Assembly: GCA_976226885.1 (NCBI GenBank)
Contig: OZ320321.1
Span: 43,524,001-43,588,000, forward strand
Length of the DNA: 64,000 nt
Direction of reading: 5' to 3'
Source of the DNA: Iphione sp. A-MEVVRFRX5
Taxonomy: Eukaryota
Program-made: the position numbers and the translations under genes
Part shown: one piece after another, positions 24,810 through 36,966 of the stretch
Layout: the number at the start of each line of letters is the position of its first letter
Position numbering within the stretch: position 1 is the stretch's first letter
The notes under the pieces: generated by a model
The model's input: only the letters and a program-made list of their open reading frames with translations
Told to the model about the DNA's origin: nothing
The model's database searches: none

Positions 24810-25754
24810 GATTTTCCCTTGGCTCATAATTGTTATTTCTTTCAACAGCCGGTTTGACGTAGATGGCGATACAATATCGATATCAAGCGAACAGGTTCGT
24901 AGTTTGTTACAAATGCCCATTGTATCGACGTTGACATTGTGTAATTGTTCTAGTAAAGGCGTTCACAATCACCTCAGTTATAACCGCTAGCAAATGGCAT
25001 AGATGGCTTCAAGTTGAATGTTCTTGCATTTCATTCAGAGTCGTTAAGTAAGTATAGTCGAGTACCGTGAATGCTCAGTGAAGACGTGTTCCTTAATTCC
25101 ATCACCGCCCCCGCGTTGAACGATTTACAAGTTCTTTTTCTTGGTGTTAGATGGCCAACTCGCTGTACGAGAACAACGCCGACATGGAGTTCGATCTCTC
25201 GCCGGCCACGCCTGTCGTTCTCTGTCCGGGGTTTGAGTATCCCGTGGACGGCGCCTTCGACACCATACTCTACCTCAGTATGTATTTTTCTTGTTAAAGT
25301 CTCGTGTCACCTGATTGACATCTGTAGGTATGTCAAGTAGAAACTTTTATTCTTTCTCTCAAGACTGTCAGCCTGATATGATACCAGTAGGCTCTATATT
25401 ATACTATGAGGAAAAGCTCTTTCCTAGTGTACTTCATATCTTTGCTTCATATTTTTATCGCATCTACTTAACAGCTTCTCTTACTTTGTTTGATGATTTT
25501 CCGTAAACATTGTAAGTTAGGAGAATTGTTACATTGTGTATCCCATGTTGATAATCAGTGTAGGATTTGCACATCTATCAATAGGTAAAGTGTGTGCGAT
25601 GTTTATGTAAGTCTGTTCAACTGTTTCATGTATGCTATCCATGAGTCTTATCAATATGTCCGTCTTCTGTCTTCCTTTACCATCTTGTCTTTGGTTTATG
25701 TTTCCCTTTTGCTGGTCTTGCTTTTTCTGCCTCTTCTCTCTCCCTCACTCCCTG

Positions 25755-25844
<90 letters not shown>

Positions 25845-28009
25845 CCTCGCTCTCTGCCCCTCCTGCCCCTGCTCTCCCTCTCTCCCGCCCCTGCTTCATT
25901 GAAAACATTTGTCTTTCTCTCCCTCTCTCCAGTCGAGCATATCTACCGAGTACCGCGATGGATGCTCACCACGCTCATGTCGACGCGCCTCATTTTTCGC
26001 CAGACCATTGACACCTTCCTTGACTCGTATCTGGCCTCCAGACTCGACCGTGCTCTGCAGGAACACCGCATTGTACGGCTTGTACACCTCCTCAGAGGTG
26101 GGAAACCCATTTCACATATTTGCTTATGATCTTATATGTAATTTGCCTTCAGCTGATTCGCCCTCACTAAACAACTTTAGGTTTTGTCAACCTCCACCGA
26201 CCCACCCACTTCCAAGAGTTCGCACTTATTATAGTCTGTTTATTAAGGAGAACTGTTGAAACCTGTCTAAAGAGCACCTTAACTCACAAGTAAATACGAA
26301 TGATACCGACTGCATTAATAGTGGGAATGTTTTGTTTCAGATGCGATCTTTTTCAATACAGATCCACCGAGGTAAGTTAACGAAAATTATATCTGATACA
26401 CACAAACGGACGAGTGTACGTCTATGTGGGTGTTTAACTGTGCATGTATCATGTGTCTATATGTGTCTACGAGTTTATATATCCTTCAGATCATTATTTG
26501 TTATTTGCTTCATGTTCCGTTCCTGAGATCTTCGTCTGATAAGGTAAACATGTAAAAATATGAAACAGTTCCCGACTTTGCCTTAATTACAGGACAGACG
26601 AACAAAAACAGCAGAGGCGAGACGAGGCCCTTTCACAATTGAAAGATTACATTCCAAGTAAGAATGATAGAATTTGGTTTATAATGAGGGAAGGGACAAG
26701 AACACAGTTATACCCTATGGTCATCTTCACAAAGGATGTTCCTTATACATGTATTCAGAGAAGGTGAGGGCAACAGTGAGCGCATGTAACTGGGTACTGC
26801 CATAAAACTCATTTTGATGCAGTAGTGTGGTGCACAGTCAGTTTCCTTTGATGTTAACCAGTTCCCTGGCCACTCAGTGGGCAAAATAACTTATTTAAAA
26901 CCTAAAGCAATTGTTATATGGAGTAGGCTTGTATCAGTAGAGGTAGAGAAGGGGTTAAGACGTAGGCCTTGTTTCTCCCTATCATGAAAATTATCATGAA
27001 AATCTATAGATACTAAAATATTTATTCATCTAGCACATAGTTTGTCAAGTGATAAAGTATTTAGTTTAAGAAATAGTGGTACGGATGTGTTGGATAATAA
27101 AGAACACCTTAAGTTTCGATAATCAGTAAGGGCTTTTAGCATAAAAATAGTATATTGAGGAGGAGGAAGGGCAGGAGGTATGGGAGGAAGGGTAGAAGGT
27201 AGAAGAGGAACGGCAAAGGGTATTTAAGGAAGGGTAAGGGAATAAAAAAGAAATAGTGAAAAAGAAAGTGGAGGAGTAGATCTCGAGACTGTGAAGGAGG
27301 GAAAGAGAGAAAATGATGGAGGAGAGGAAAGGCAGGATCAGGAAAAGGAAGAAAAGGAATAATAGAAGAGGGAGGTAAGGAAGAGGAGATGAGGAAGTGG
27401 CTTAGATTTGGAAAAGAGATCGAAAATATGATGAACAAAGCGGACAAATGTTGATTTTTAATGAATTTCTAAAAATTGATAATCGATAAAGCGTCACAGC
27501 ACAAATTGCTGGAGCAGAGTTCCACTCTTAAGTTCCCTAACTTGAGGCAGTAACCCAACTAAATTTCGTGGGTTGTTCTTTTCCAGAATTATTCGTGCAC
27601 ATATTAGGCCAGGACAGACATGAAGAATCTATGGAACTAATATTTGAACTACTGCAGTACCCTAAACTTAACAAACAGGTAAGACAATTTGCTGTACATC
27701 TTTTGAATGCCTTATATCAGCATGTCTATGTGACTTGTCTTTATAAGTACATATTGCATAAAATCAACTGAAAGTGATGGACTGTGCCTACGAAATGTCT
27801 CATAACTGTCCTTTGCAAGCTTTTGGACAGGCCATACAATTCTTTCACATTCCACTGAGATTTGTAATTTGGGTTCTTTTTTTTAATATTTGCAGCTCTC
27901 TTATATGTTGTTGGACTCTGTGATTGAAGAGCTCTTCCCAGAGGTGCTCGTTGCCTCTGACGATGACCCTCTGCGGGAGTTATTTAGAGCAGCTCGAGCA
28001 GATGACTAA
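1556..28009 (+). CDS. SNX14: Sorting nexin-14 (PXA-RGS-PX-Nexin_C), 5'-partial, 28 exons, ~798 aa in window
   Basis: GT-AG exons with continuous phase: 1556-1599,1933-2020,2343-2427,2836-2992,12225-12300,12477-12521,12749-12826,13015-13129,13623-13778,14031-14088,14680-14746,15693-15751,16988-17067,20244-20305,21065-21251,21502-21535,21745-21794,23113-23213,23382-23484,23639-23679,24325-24395,24849-24894,25151-25277,25933-26097,26341-26371,26593-26657,27587-27678,27896-28009 (TAA); total 2397 nt. The translation follows vertebrate SNX14 as I recall it (FVFTWYRD..DEAFVDEL; LGNKIKGVFKS; RRYHEFYVLEQKLSEFHG; RGQHLEPF; QEHRIVRLVHLLRDAIF; LNKQLSYMLLD.VIEELFPE). Upstream transmembrane exons not found in 1-1555. 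Confidence 0.95.
4950..5860 (-). mobile_element. Degenerate Penelope-like element fragment (RT C-terminus/linker)
   Basis: Minus translation: RTAMNT..PS/LANLSMVELEK (cf. GTAMGT..APSYANLFM..LE) near 5760-5810; VNKNWQVLNQ...PLNLEIILVRS (cf. KHW.IL...NLRD.LVRS) near 5118-5230; many stops. Confidence 0.55.
6485..6930 (+). repeat. Dispersed repeat copy A (related to 15120-15640)
   Basis: Alignable by eye: gttggggg(a)ccttaggaat...tctgtcaca.tcttgtgggtc...tctaaaggtgaa...tctgacaatgca...ggggga.a.tagacct. Confidence 0.7.
7050..8800 (-). mobile_element. Heavily decayed CR1/L2-type LINE reverse transcriptase
   Basis: Minus frames: KSYLPFRLTN (cf. NYRPISLT) ~8430; LPGFNQQTRS (cf. QHGF..GRS); SVNCGVPQGFVLCLLLF (cf. 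GVPQGSVLGPLLF) ~7950; RWNVDKSE; VLGFLLDKK*; frameshifted. Confidence 0.6.
8995..9310. repeat. Degenerate ~70-bp minisatellite, ~4-5 copies
   Basis: Recurring ttttcacctgagtaattggtatatg-like units. Confidence 0.6.
11072..11421. mobile_element. Probable pogo/Tigger-type MITE remnant with internal ~72-bp duplication
   Basis: TA|CAGTGGAACCTC start; repeated ggacac motifs; ggagaaggcctctcatccactccctttga twice; right TIR unclear. Confidence 0.45.
12749..15751 (+). CDS. SNX14: SNX14 RGS-domain exons and flanks
   Basis: TPRSPPSQKQVQILANFATPLSKNRS / CLHLELSDILSNPDALFPFMQFMKTEASVNVLQFYLSA / EEFNSKMLTPELSLDQLKRLHSDLVDLYRMYCAPNAADRIQFDEDIVTQLKE / ICDGPPEDVIKLQTTTPLFR / AYEHAYTLLETTFLPLFHQSDD / YYTMLCGERLPTKLTRSLS. 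Confidence 0.93.
15120..15640 (+). repeat. Dispersed repeat copy B (related to 6485-6930)
   Basis: Same motif order as copy A, diverged; probable non-autonomous TE. Confidence 0.7.
16303..16338 (+). CDS. SNX14: Candidate 36-nt alternative exon of SNX14 (phase 2-2)
   Basis: Pyrimidine tract ttttctctttacattttcgtttcactag | 36 nt (N)TSIGAKCNNNS(R) | gtaaaa; frame-preserving between exons 15751 and 16988. Confidence 0.5.
16988..23679 (+). CDS. SNX14: SNX14 linker and PX-domain exons
   Basis: VNKRAGDALTLSRLGNKIKGVFKSNT / VEGDRLLDEVDCAVEEAEAII / ...PLHDLSAWRVAVPEV...FHTFVIEIRRVDVIE / DDFEPSNWRVER / RYHEFYVLEQKLSEFH / GDFEDALLPPKKSFGTKNKEFLDARRAEFEQYLQ / KLLTKPKLRSSELLYRFL...DINL / GKFVKSGAMKLVKE. 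PX RRY motif and LP.KK proline segment present; NAGNAG acceptor at 21062-21067. Confidence 0.93.
17345..17420. repeat. ~38-bp tandem duplication
   Basis: catcgtat.gagagaaagtgccataggaattgtagatgt x2. Confidence 0.85.
18113..18292. mobile_element. pogo/mariner-type MITE
   Basis: Imperfect TIRs cagtgaactctcacttaaaagacca / tggtctccgaagcaggagttgactg; TA on left flank. Confidence 0.6.
18595..18654 (+). CDS. SNX14: Candidate 60-nt alternative exon of SNX14 (phase 1-1)
   Basis: ...attgtctag | (D)PAEVRLAWSSSDDSLIIEK | gttgat; GC-rich, stop-free, frame-preserving between 17067 and 20244; donor is weak. Confidence 0.5.
21885..22975. repeat. Complex GC-rich block of internal direct and inverted repeats in an SNX14 intron
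   Basis: Hairpin 21885-21942; ggacgctcaa...gtcagcgc...ggaggggaggggg x3; cgctaaaagtctgcg...gaaaattagtgacag x2; ttggtt.aagtcc.gtccttctat.tgcaatagttgcc.agttatgacag x2. Confidence 0.65.
24325..28009 (+). CDS. SNX14: SNX14 C-terminal Nexin_C (PXC) exons and stop
   Basis: RGQHLEPFLQSLLSSIEPPKAKP / SRFDVDGDTISISSEQ / MANSLYENNAD...DGAFDTILYL / IEHIYRVPRWMLTTLMSTRLIFRQTIDTFLDSYLASRLDRALQEHRIVRLVHLLR / DAIFFNTDPPR / TDEQKQQRRDEALSQLKDYIP / KLFVHILGQDRHEESMELIFELLQYPKLNKQ / LSYMLLDSVIEELFPEVLVASDDDPLRELFRAARADD*. Confidence 0.93.
24742..24810. repeat. (GA)n(GACA)n microsatellite
   Basis: Direct reading. Confidence 0.95.
25762..25840. repeat. (CT)n microsatellite
   Basis: Direct reading. Confidence 0.95.
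27130..27450. repeat. Purine-rich low-complexity tract
   Basis: A/G-dominated, no exon signal. Confidence 0.8.
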
Positions 28010-30849
28010 CTGCTCAGAGGATGGGGACTCCGCCAATGGAAGTCAACCAAGTTGGCCATGTCGACGGACACACCCAGCCACGTAGACGACGCCTTGGACA
28101 GGTTTCTAGATAGTACTTACTGTGGTAAATTGCTACATACAGATGATCAAGTTCCATGGGCGGCATTTCTTGACCACTTCACCTTATCAAGTTCACTTCT
28201 GGAGGTCCCTCTTGGAGTCAAGATCGTGCTTCTTATGTAAAATTTGCAAACCAAATCATGATCCATGATCTACGTTATATTTGGTACTGGTAATAGTAAG
28301 AATATCTTTTATCAAGTCATTTTTCAAATCTGTGTGAAAATTTTGTTCTCTTCATCAGGTGAATCCTAGATGATAGTGAATACACCTCCCAAGAGTTGGT
28401 ATTGTTTGCATCTGTTTTTGTGCGTGGATGCCTTCTTTCAGCTATGTGAAGTTGGGATGATTTGAGGAAAGCAAGATGTACATCAGTTCCAGTCTGGAGC
28501 TTGAGAATGCGACATACCTGTGGGTATATTTATCACATCTCTTAGATAGGAAAGAAAAGCAGTTGTTCATGTTTCCGGTGAGGTCTGTGCCATTGATTGT
28601 GTGCATAGTATATGGACCGGTGGCTTGGGTAGAGGGTTCAGTCATCTCTCAGTAGTCATGACTTTCATTTGTTTCAAATAGTCGGCACTGTGAATTTAGT
28701 GGACGAGGGACGTAAAGCAGCCAGATCTATCTGTGTTACAAAATTCTTTAACAACCAGTTGACAGTCTGTAGCCTATCTATGGCGTTCTTCTTATTGGAA
28801 ACGTTCAACGGTCTTTGTTATTAATATTATTAGAAGTTGGACTCAGTGGCCTCGGCAGTTGACGCCGCTGTATATATATATCATCTGAACATATGCTTTT
28901 TGCGTGAAAATTAACTGATGATCACCATACCCCGTGACAGAATAGGAAATGACGAAGGAGACGTAGTTGACTCGAAGTATGGATTTTTGTTATGTCTAGA
29001 ACTTTTGAAGTTATTCGAAGTGTACATATGTACGTAATGATGTAAATATGTGATTTGTACATACACTCCTAGTCGTATGCAATTATACCATAATTATCAT
29101 TCAGGTTTTAGGTATATTTTCTTACTTAAGCAGCTGGTATAAAAGCGCGGAAAGGAGAATGTTGGCGATTTTCTGTGCTACTGCTCGAGTGATAAAAAAA
29201 AGAAGTACAGAATTACGAGTAAATGGTCGAATATCTGGTGACTAATGCCAAGTTCGCTTGATACGAGTTCATAATTTATTTCTTGTTAATCAAGATGTGG
29301 AATAGGATCAATTCAAAGTCACGACGGAACGTAGTCCTCCTTGCTTTTAGAAGTCAAACTAACCGTATTATGAAAGCGCTTGTTTGTAAATATGAAATAG
29401 ATTTTATCAAACCAGGCAGTCCTGAGATGTTATACATCCGAATCGAGCGCAATACTAGAAAATTGTATTGGTTATGTGCATGAAGCCAGTATTGGTGGTA
29501 AAGATATCTAGGCAGTCTTATCACCATGATCGTACAAAGTGTGAATTACTTTATTCGCATGGGTTTCACAGGCAGTGTCTGTTGATATGTGGTTCCATTG
29601 CTGTTGATGTGTGTCTCTTGTAAATAGTTGGCTCAGTCACCATTCGCTCTTGTCACACTGCAGAAAATCACTCCATAGGGAATTACCTGGATAGCCAGCA
29701 TGACCGTTCGGTTTTCATCTGATACAAATTCACTTGTGTGCCACGTTCCATTCCACGGGCGCTCCAGGAAATGCTCGACTTTATGACATTATATGCTTCG
29801 TTTTAGACCAATTCTCGCGTTCACAACAGTTTCAACATTGCCACAGAGAATCATCCGATTCATGCGTTTACATATCTTGTGTGGCCTCACTCTTGCACTA
29901 TACGGACTATGTCTTACGTAAAATGTTATTTTTGCTTCTTTTTACTTTTTAGAAGTAACTGTAAAATTTCAACAGCTTCGTCCATATTTCATATCATGCA
30001 ATGTATTAACACACCGAGAACATTTATTAGTGTTGCAGTACGAATTTTTTATCAGTTTTTTTCCCATAACAGTGCCCTATTTCATCTCTTCTGCCCACTC
30101 TAAAAGAAAGAGCACCACTACACAAACACGAACGTTTAGGTTTCTCCGTTTGGAAACCGCTACGATGGCATAAAATTTGCTTCCAAGTCAGGATACACAG
30201 AAAATGTATTTTTTTTGCGACGAAACTGCCTACGTAGAAGCAATATCGATACTAGTTCATGGATGCAGAGTGCGATATGATTTGGTTATATATACAATAT
30301 ACAGTGTCTTTATCCCGGATTTAAAATTCTAGAAAAGTTGCATAGAAAAGATAATTTATCAGCACATGTATATTCAGTTGACCGTTTCGATGCTACATGT
30401 TTATGATATCGACGCTGCAGATTGGGAACTGCTTAAAAATATATAAACGGAAGGTGAATATGTAGAAATCTTTTGAAGCTGGTCTCCAGTAAAGAACAGC
30501 AAAGTATTTAGGAGCAGAGAGTATGATTCATTTGAAGGTTCGATATATCTACAGATAGTAACTCCGTCGAAATTGAGTCTCCAAAAATTCAGATTCGCTG
30601 ATATATGATGTAGGGAAAAACACTGAAATATGTAGGATAATTGAAGTACAAGTACCGAGATAAGCCTTTCTGGAAATAACATCAAGGATTTGAACTGAAA
30701 TGTTTAGTATAAACTGGTTGTGCAAGTTCAAACTACACTGAAGCGACTGACTGCTTCCTTTTCATTCGAATAGGTATATCTATTTTTCGACTGCATATTT
30801 TTGTATTAGGGTCGGGATGTGTTAAAAGAAAAACTGACGTCCTAATACG

Positions 30850-31830
30850 AATACATATTGTCATCATCAGAAGTAGGTGTGATATTTTCAAATAGAAGAA
30901 TGAGTTTCAACCAGGAAAAATTATTTACATTTGATCATGACGTCTATATATTCGCCAAATTTCCTGTACAATGTGGATACATTCCTTTTTTGTTGAGTAA
31001 CGTTATTTTCCGTTTTTTCTTTCCAGATTCGTTCTCACATGCATTGATATTAGATTCCAAATGTCTTTTCATAATCTTGTTCCATCTAGGCGTTGCGGTA
31101 TAACGTACCTTCGTGCACTCGTACAGAGTATTTACCAGTGATCTGTGACCGAAGTCACCTTTTGGTAACGCTGGACAGAATTGTTGCTTAGGAGTATATC
31201 TAGCACGTTCACCTGTGAACTCTTGTTTTCTGCTCAACTCGGCGTTTGTCTGCATTTACTTTTTACTTGAAATCGGGAGTCGTCGTTACGTCCTGAGTGG
31301 AAGCGTTTTCTTCTCTATTCTGTACTCTGGCATTTGCCCGGGTCCACAGGTTATTGTCTCACCCTTTAAACATACTGTGTGTACATCCTTACCAGATGCT
31401 TGACTTGACCATTCGTCCTTTTCTTTCCATTGCCAGTACTTTTCATCAAGTCGTGATTTTCACCATTTGACCATATGTTACTCAACGAGGACCATTTGGA
31501 GAGCGACTCCTTTATGTACATGTACAGTGTACTTGAGAGCTTCTTCAAGACGATTTATCACGAATCATTATTTAAAAAAAAACGAACATGCCCTATGGCT
31601 TTTCCTCGGCGCGTTTTGCTGCAAGCAAGTTTTCGTCTTGGTTTATAGCATGGCCAAATAATAAATAGGTAACTTTGATGTAGGAACGGCCAGGCATGAA
31701 GGAGTAAAATATAATTTGGAGTATCGGACACATAATGTGTCGGCCATTATCATTAAGAAGGACAGTTAGATGTTCCCAGGGGCGGAATGGGATGGTATCT
31801 TGTTCACCGCGATTTCCTTGAAGTTCCATC
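30850..31830 (-). mobile_element. Possible very old CR1-like LINE RT remnant
   Basis: Weak echoes in RT order: CPILQIIFYSFMP (GPLLF.IYINDM), LLFGH (LFADD), LSKWSS..IWSNGEN (L..WS..W...FN), HRSLVNTLYE (YKSLVRP.LEY). Confidence 0.3.
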
Positions 31831-32033
31831 CCGACCCCATCCCATCACCAACCCACCCACCCAGGTGACCTGGTAGGCCTCAGTCAGCCTTGTGTGACAT
31901 ACTTTATGATTACCTAGTTCCGTCAGCCTGTGATGTATGCATTGCCTTGTGCTCCATTACCTAGCAGTGACACTGGACAGGACAGTTGTCTTGTCACTTC
32001 AGTCATGATGCAGTGCCCAAGTCTGCTGTTTAT

Positions 32034-32034
<1 letters not shown>

Positions 32035-32108
<74 letters not shown>

Positions 32109-32116
32109 AGAGAGAG
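32035..32116. repeat. (GA)n microsatellite
   Basis: Direct reading. Confidence 0.95.
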
Positions 32117-32636
32117 CGATGTTCAGTTCCAAGAAATCCCCTGATATCGCCTTGGTTAAACTAATAAGATTTTATCAATAATTTCACTTATCTGTTAAGG
32201 AGTTATTCGCTTGAAAATAATCTTAAATAGGGGTATCACCATGAGCATTTAGACGTTTGCTATTATTTCACTGTTAGTCGATCGTTCATTCATAGCAAAA
32301 TGACCAATGGACAGATTAGAGAATTTAGGTCTGCCACGAGATGTTTTTATGTAAAAACAGATGTAAAATGTGCAATATGAACTGACGACCGAAAGATCTG
32401 CAAGCCTGCTAGCAATCAGATAATAAACGGAATTTTTATCTTGTGATGGAAAACTAGTAACTGTGTCACCAGCGTTGTACTTGTTATGTAACACACTGGA
32501 CTTAATAGTCTTAACCTCTTTTCCTATAAGCAATAATGGTTTATTAGGTATGTCCAGACCATTTATATAACGGTTTCATCAGCATTAATTGATATAACAA
32601 CACATATTCAAGGTTCCCACAGCACAGGGAAAACAC

Positions 32637-33035
32637 GGAAAATCGACCCCAAATATTCTTTGCCCAGGAAAAAAGGGAATTTGGAAATATGTGGCAAACA
32701 GGGAACACACAGGGGGAAACAATTCTGAAAATCAAAGAAAAAATAGTTTTCTTCCCTTTAAGACAGGGTCAACATCATTGATGAGAATTTCATCCATATA
32801 CAGTCAAATAGTATAGAATTTTGGAGGAAGAAAACAGGGAAAATCGACCCCAAAAATTCTTTGCCCAGGAAAAAAGAGGGAATTTTGAAATTTGTGGCAA
32901 ACAGGGAACACACAGGAGGAAACAATTCTGAAAATCAAAGAAAAATTGGTTTTCTTCCCTTTAAGACTGGGTCAACATCATTGATGAGAATTTCATCCAT
33001 ATACAGTCAAATAGTATAGAATTTTGGAGGAAGAA
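32637..33035. repeat. ~201-bp near-identical tandem duplication
   Basis: ggaaaatcgacccc at 32637 and 32838; both copies end ...gtatagaattttggaggaagaaa. Confidence 0.9.
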
Positions 33036-33489
33036 ATCCTTCATGGTAGTCAAACATTAACTGCTTCTGTTTACCTTTAGGTCATTTCTGTCTATAGATG
33101 AAATTTCTATAACTCATATATGGAACAAACCTGACAATCATGGAGACAAACCTAATGACAAGTTCATAAACAGCTATGTAGCTGGAAGCTGTGGCACCTG
33201 AGGAAGAATAGCCAATTGAAGTATTGAAGTGTGGTTTTTATTAATGAAACATTGAATTTAAACTTGAGTAAACTTACTTTTGGAAAGGCATTTTGGTTAC
33301 TGGTGATTAACTGAATTACATAGAACTTTGTATTCGGAGCTACTGGCCTTGAATTAATTATGTATGCATCATTAGAGAGGAGAAGCTCATACATTTTCAA
33401 TGCATATTGCATGAATATGCTTATGTATTTAATGGACAGCCCCTATTCAGTATGCAATTATAAGTTCCATTTAGGAAAAAAATTGTATA

Positions 33490-33666
33490 CAGTTGAAACC
33501 CTATTTCTGACCACAACAATTTCTGACCAAATCCAATTTCCGACCATTTAAGCTGGGAACGGAGGTATTGATCTCTACATTATCAATAACCCATGCACAA
33601 CCAAAATTGCCAATGCAACCACTTGAGCTAGGAACAAAAGGTTGGTTGCACGTAGAGTTTCCACTG
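33490..33666. mobile_element. pogo/Tigger-type MITE with TA target-site duplication
   Basis: TA|cagttgaaaccct ... agagtttccactg|TA; related internal sequence at ~20560-20680 (gaccattt.agct..gaacgga...atgcaaccacttgagct). Confidence 0.7.
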
Positions 33667-35024
33667 TAGATATTTTGAATCAACCAGCTCTTGTATAAAA
33701 TTAGTACATTTTTCAATGAGAGCACCAGTCAGTTCATTTTTCAGTAAGCCAAAATGGATCTGAGCAACCAACCAGTAGACAGAGGATAGCTAGAAGGGGA
33801 GGATGAAGGCCATACCTCATAAACTGAGGATTGAATGCATGTCAGGCTAAAGTGCAAAACTTCCTTCAGTCCAATATTATAATATATGCATAGTTGATAA
33901 CTTTGGTTTTCTAACAGCATGATCTGTTCACACAGGAGTGAGCCTAAGTCATGGAATTTGGGGTAGGAAAACATTTTCATAATCCTGTATCTGACACCAG
34001 ACCTTGTAACTTATTGTACAAAAAGGATACATATTACATGTAGAGAACAAACTTGGACTATAGTTTGATAAATCAAAGCCCTGCCATGTAAACTTGTGCA
34101 GAAAACAACACAGGAAAAACTGCCATGGCACAGGGTAAACCCAGGGCATTTGAAAATGAAATTTGAGTGGGGACCCTGTATTTGAGACCCAAATTTCCTA
34201 CTTTGCTTAACATATAGCTTGTAAGATGGAGATGGTAAAAATATGCATTGCATACATGTATGTGTATATAAAATTACCCATTCAAAACTTTACACAAATG
34301 TCTTGATCTCACCCTAATTAAGCTTGAAAATTCATAAGGATTATGTATTGTATGAATAGCGCCACAAAAGTTGGAGGCAATTCATAAGGATAATGTATTG
34401 TACGGATAGCACCGTAAAATTTGGAGACAATATTCATTAAATGACCTGTGACCTTATACGTCTCTCATTGTGTGGTACACAATTGACCTATCGGTAGGAG
34501 GTTTGGTCAGTGTCCATCTTCACTTATCTTTGCTAGCCCCACTGAGTTCCCTGTACATTTCCTGATTACGTACAACCTTTCTCTATTCAGAAAGTATCTG
34601 TAGGACGGAAACGTTTTCGAAGCATTGGCAGCTAAATACAAAGGAAAAAGTCCCAGCCTGTAGGTCATGGGTAAACTGGTTAACAGTTGCTGGTAAGAGT
34701 GTGGCATAGTGGTACGTATACCACACATAAGTGAGCTAGGGATAGAGTAGCATCCGAGTTCAGGCCACAAATGGAACCAGACAATTTTGCCCATAGCTAC
34801 AAGTTACCCTGCTTCCTGAGTTGGTTAGATTATAGTAAATAAAGCATTGGGACCGACCAAATGTGCCTGTAATACTGAATTGCTTCCCTAGTTGAGTTGC
34901 CCAAAGGTGAGTTAATACTGTACGTGAATGGACTTTCAGTCCTTGCTGTACGGCCTTTCACTTTGCTATAAGAAAAAAGTTGCTCACGCTGAAAGAATAT
35001 AAGACAATGACAACGTTTGCTTGC

Positions 35025-35030
35025 TTTATT
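35025..35030 (-). terminator. Probable polyadenylation signal of the Zasp-like gene (3'UTR ~1.65 kb)
   Basis: AATAAA on minus strand followed downstream by a GU/U-rich tract (gttgtcattgtcttatattctttc). Confidence 0.45.
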
Positions 35031-36677
35031 TATTTACTAGTGACACAGCGGCAGGTTCCGGTCATACGGTCTTTACCACGCAGAGACATCCGATAATACT
35101 GTGGGTTGGACCGAACACAGCATATAGCGGCATGGTAAAATAACATGTCTCTTTAAAGAGGGGCAAGACTGCCATTTTACGTTACTACTACAGTCACTCG
35201 TTAGATAAAGGGAGGATGTTGGTTGGAGGGATTTGTGTTCGTTAGAGGTGGGGCCTAGGGTGGGTGTTATCAAGAGGAGACCGATTTTCCTGGCCAAGAC
35301 GCACGAGAACAGGTGTACGGCAAGACATTACCACCAACAATGCATTCCTAGATCTCTTGTGTTTGTGAGGGTTTGGGTTGCACGAAGCTACATTTGAACT
35401 GCCGTCATTGCATGAATAGCGCGCTGGATGGCGTATGCCTATAGGTTTGTCTATGCATACGTCTTGAAGACAGGTACATTATATCTCGGTGGGCAAAACG
35501 GGAGGTTAGTATTGGTCGGGATGGTATTCTGGGTAGATCTTCTAGTCGTATGAAGAATCTGACTCATTTCTGATACTGGATTAATTCCCTTTTCGCTGAA
35601 ACTTAGCTCATAGCCCAGCCGTGGGGAAAACCAGAGGGGTTGGGATTCAGTGGACGTACATGTTGTATATGGGAAGTTAAAGGGAGGGCATTTTTTTCAT
35701 TGTTTACAATTACACTCTCTGCCCATGCATGGTGTTCTGCGGCCGCACTTCTTTAACGCACTCAGTCATGTCCCAATCAGTGGTGACAGCTTGGTACGTA
35801 TAGATAAAAGTGCCAAACTAAATAAACAGAAAACTGTAAGGCAAAAAATAAACCAACTACACAATCCTCGCATAATCATTAAAACTGATGGCAAAGACAA
35901 GTCTGCGTCCATAACCCGACAGATAGAGGAGTCGGGTCGAAATCGTGCGATGTAAAAGAAAACTGGGTTAGCAGAGCTGTTTTGTACGAAAAATGCTAGA
36001 AAATTTCCGGTGGACAAAAAAATTAAACGAAAATGACCTCTCCACCCGTTAGTTAAGACATTGGGAGTGTCAGTCACACTGAAAGACGTTGGTCTCACCA
36101 TCTGTATATAGTGGCGTAGCATTTGTAATACATAGCGTTCGGCCTCTGGTAGATAGTACAATTAACTTAGCGCCCCTTCTCTATCGTACACGGTACACAG
36201 TCATGACAAAACCTTCCTCTAGGAGCCTTTCCGGCACCTATTGAGGATTCTCATTATATCTTCCCGTCATAACATTCACGAATGTCACCCACTGCTGCAT
36301 AACCTTCCAACTGACTCGAGGCAGGGCAGTTCTACTGTTCTTTTAACTTCTTGTCAGGCTTTGACTTCGCATCCGCCCAAGCAGGGGATAGCGCTACGCT
36401 GCTTGCTTGACGAAGATAATTTGTTATCGAATTTACTTTACTGGTCCTGGACAACGTTCAAGCTAACCAGGATGCATTTCCTACTCCGGCTCTTCTTACG
36501 GCTATTATCATTTTCCTGAAAATCGACACTTCATCCCCGCTGGTAACCTTGTGAGAGTGTGACTTCGCTCTACGTTCCGTGCGGTCTTCATACCTTGCGG
36601 TCTGTCTCCGTTTTTTCCTCTCTCCTTTGGGTACTGGTGCCTTTTTGGGTACTCGCTCGTTTTTTTGTGTAATTTTA

Positions 36678-36966
36678 TTAGAAGTCCGACGTACCCACAC
36701 CGCTGCCGCCGCCGCCGCCGGCGACCTCTTGTGGCTGAACGGACATATTGCTCATGTTAGATTCGAGGGCGTGCATGGACGGAGACTGCTTGAAGTGGTC
36801 CATGTAGCCGGCGTACTGCATCTCCTGACCGGCAGCGTGCTCCATGTAACGTGCGGACTGGTCAGCCGGACGACGAGGGCCGCCCTCTTGTTCCTGCAGC
36901 ATACGCAGCACCGACGACTGTCGCGGGTCGAACTGCTTCTGGCCCGGCGGGCCTCCGCCAGTTACC
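36678..36966 (-). CDS. Zasp-like gene last coding exon
   Basis: ttgttgcag|G GTA ACT...GAC TTC TAA; FDPRQSSVLRMLQEQE. Confidence 0.85.

Noticed and set aside
25592-26129. ORFs with (LS)n or (RE)n runs here and at 24669-24990, 31923-32181, 50554-50818
   Set aside because: Translations of GA/CT microsatellites.
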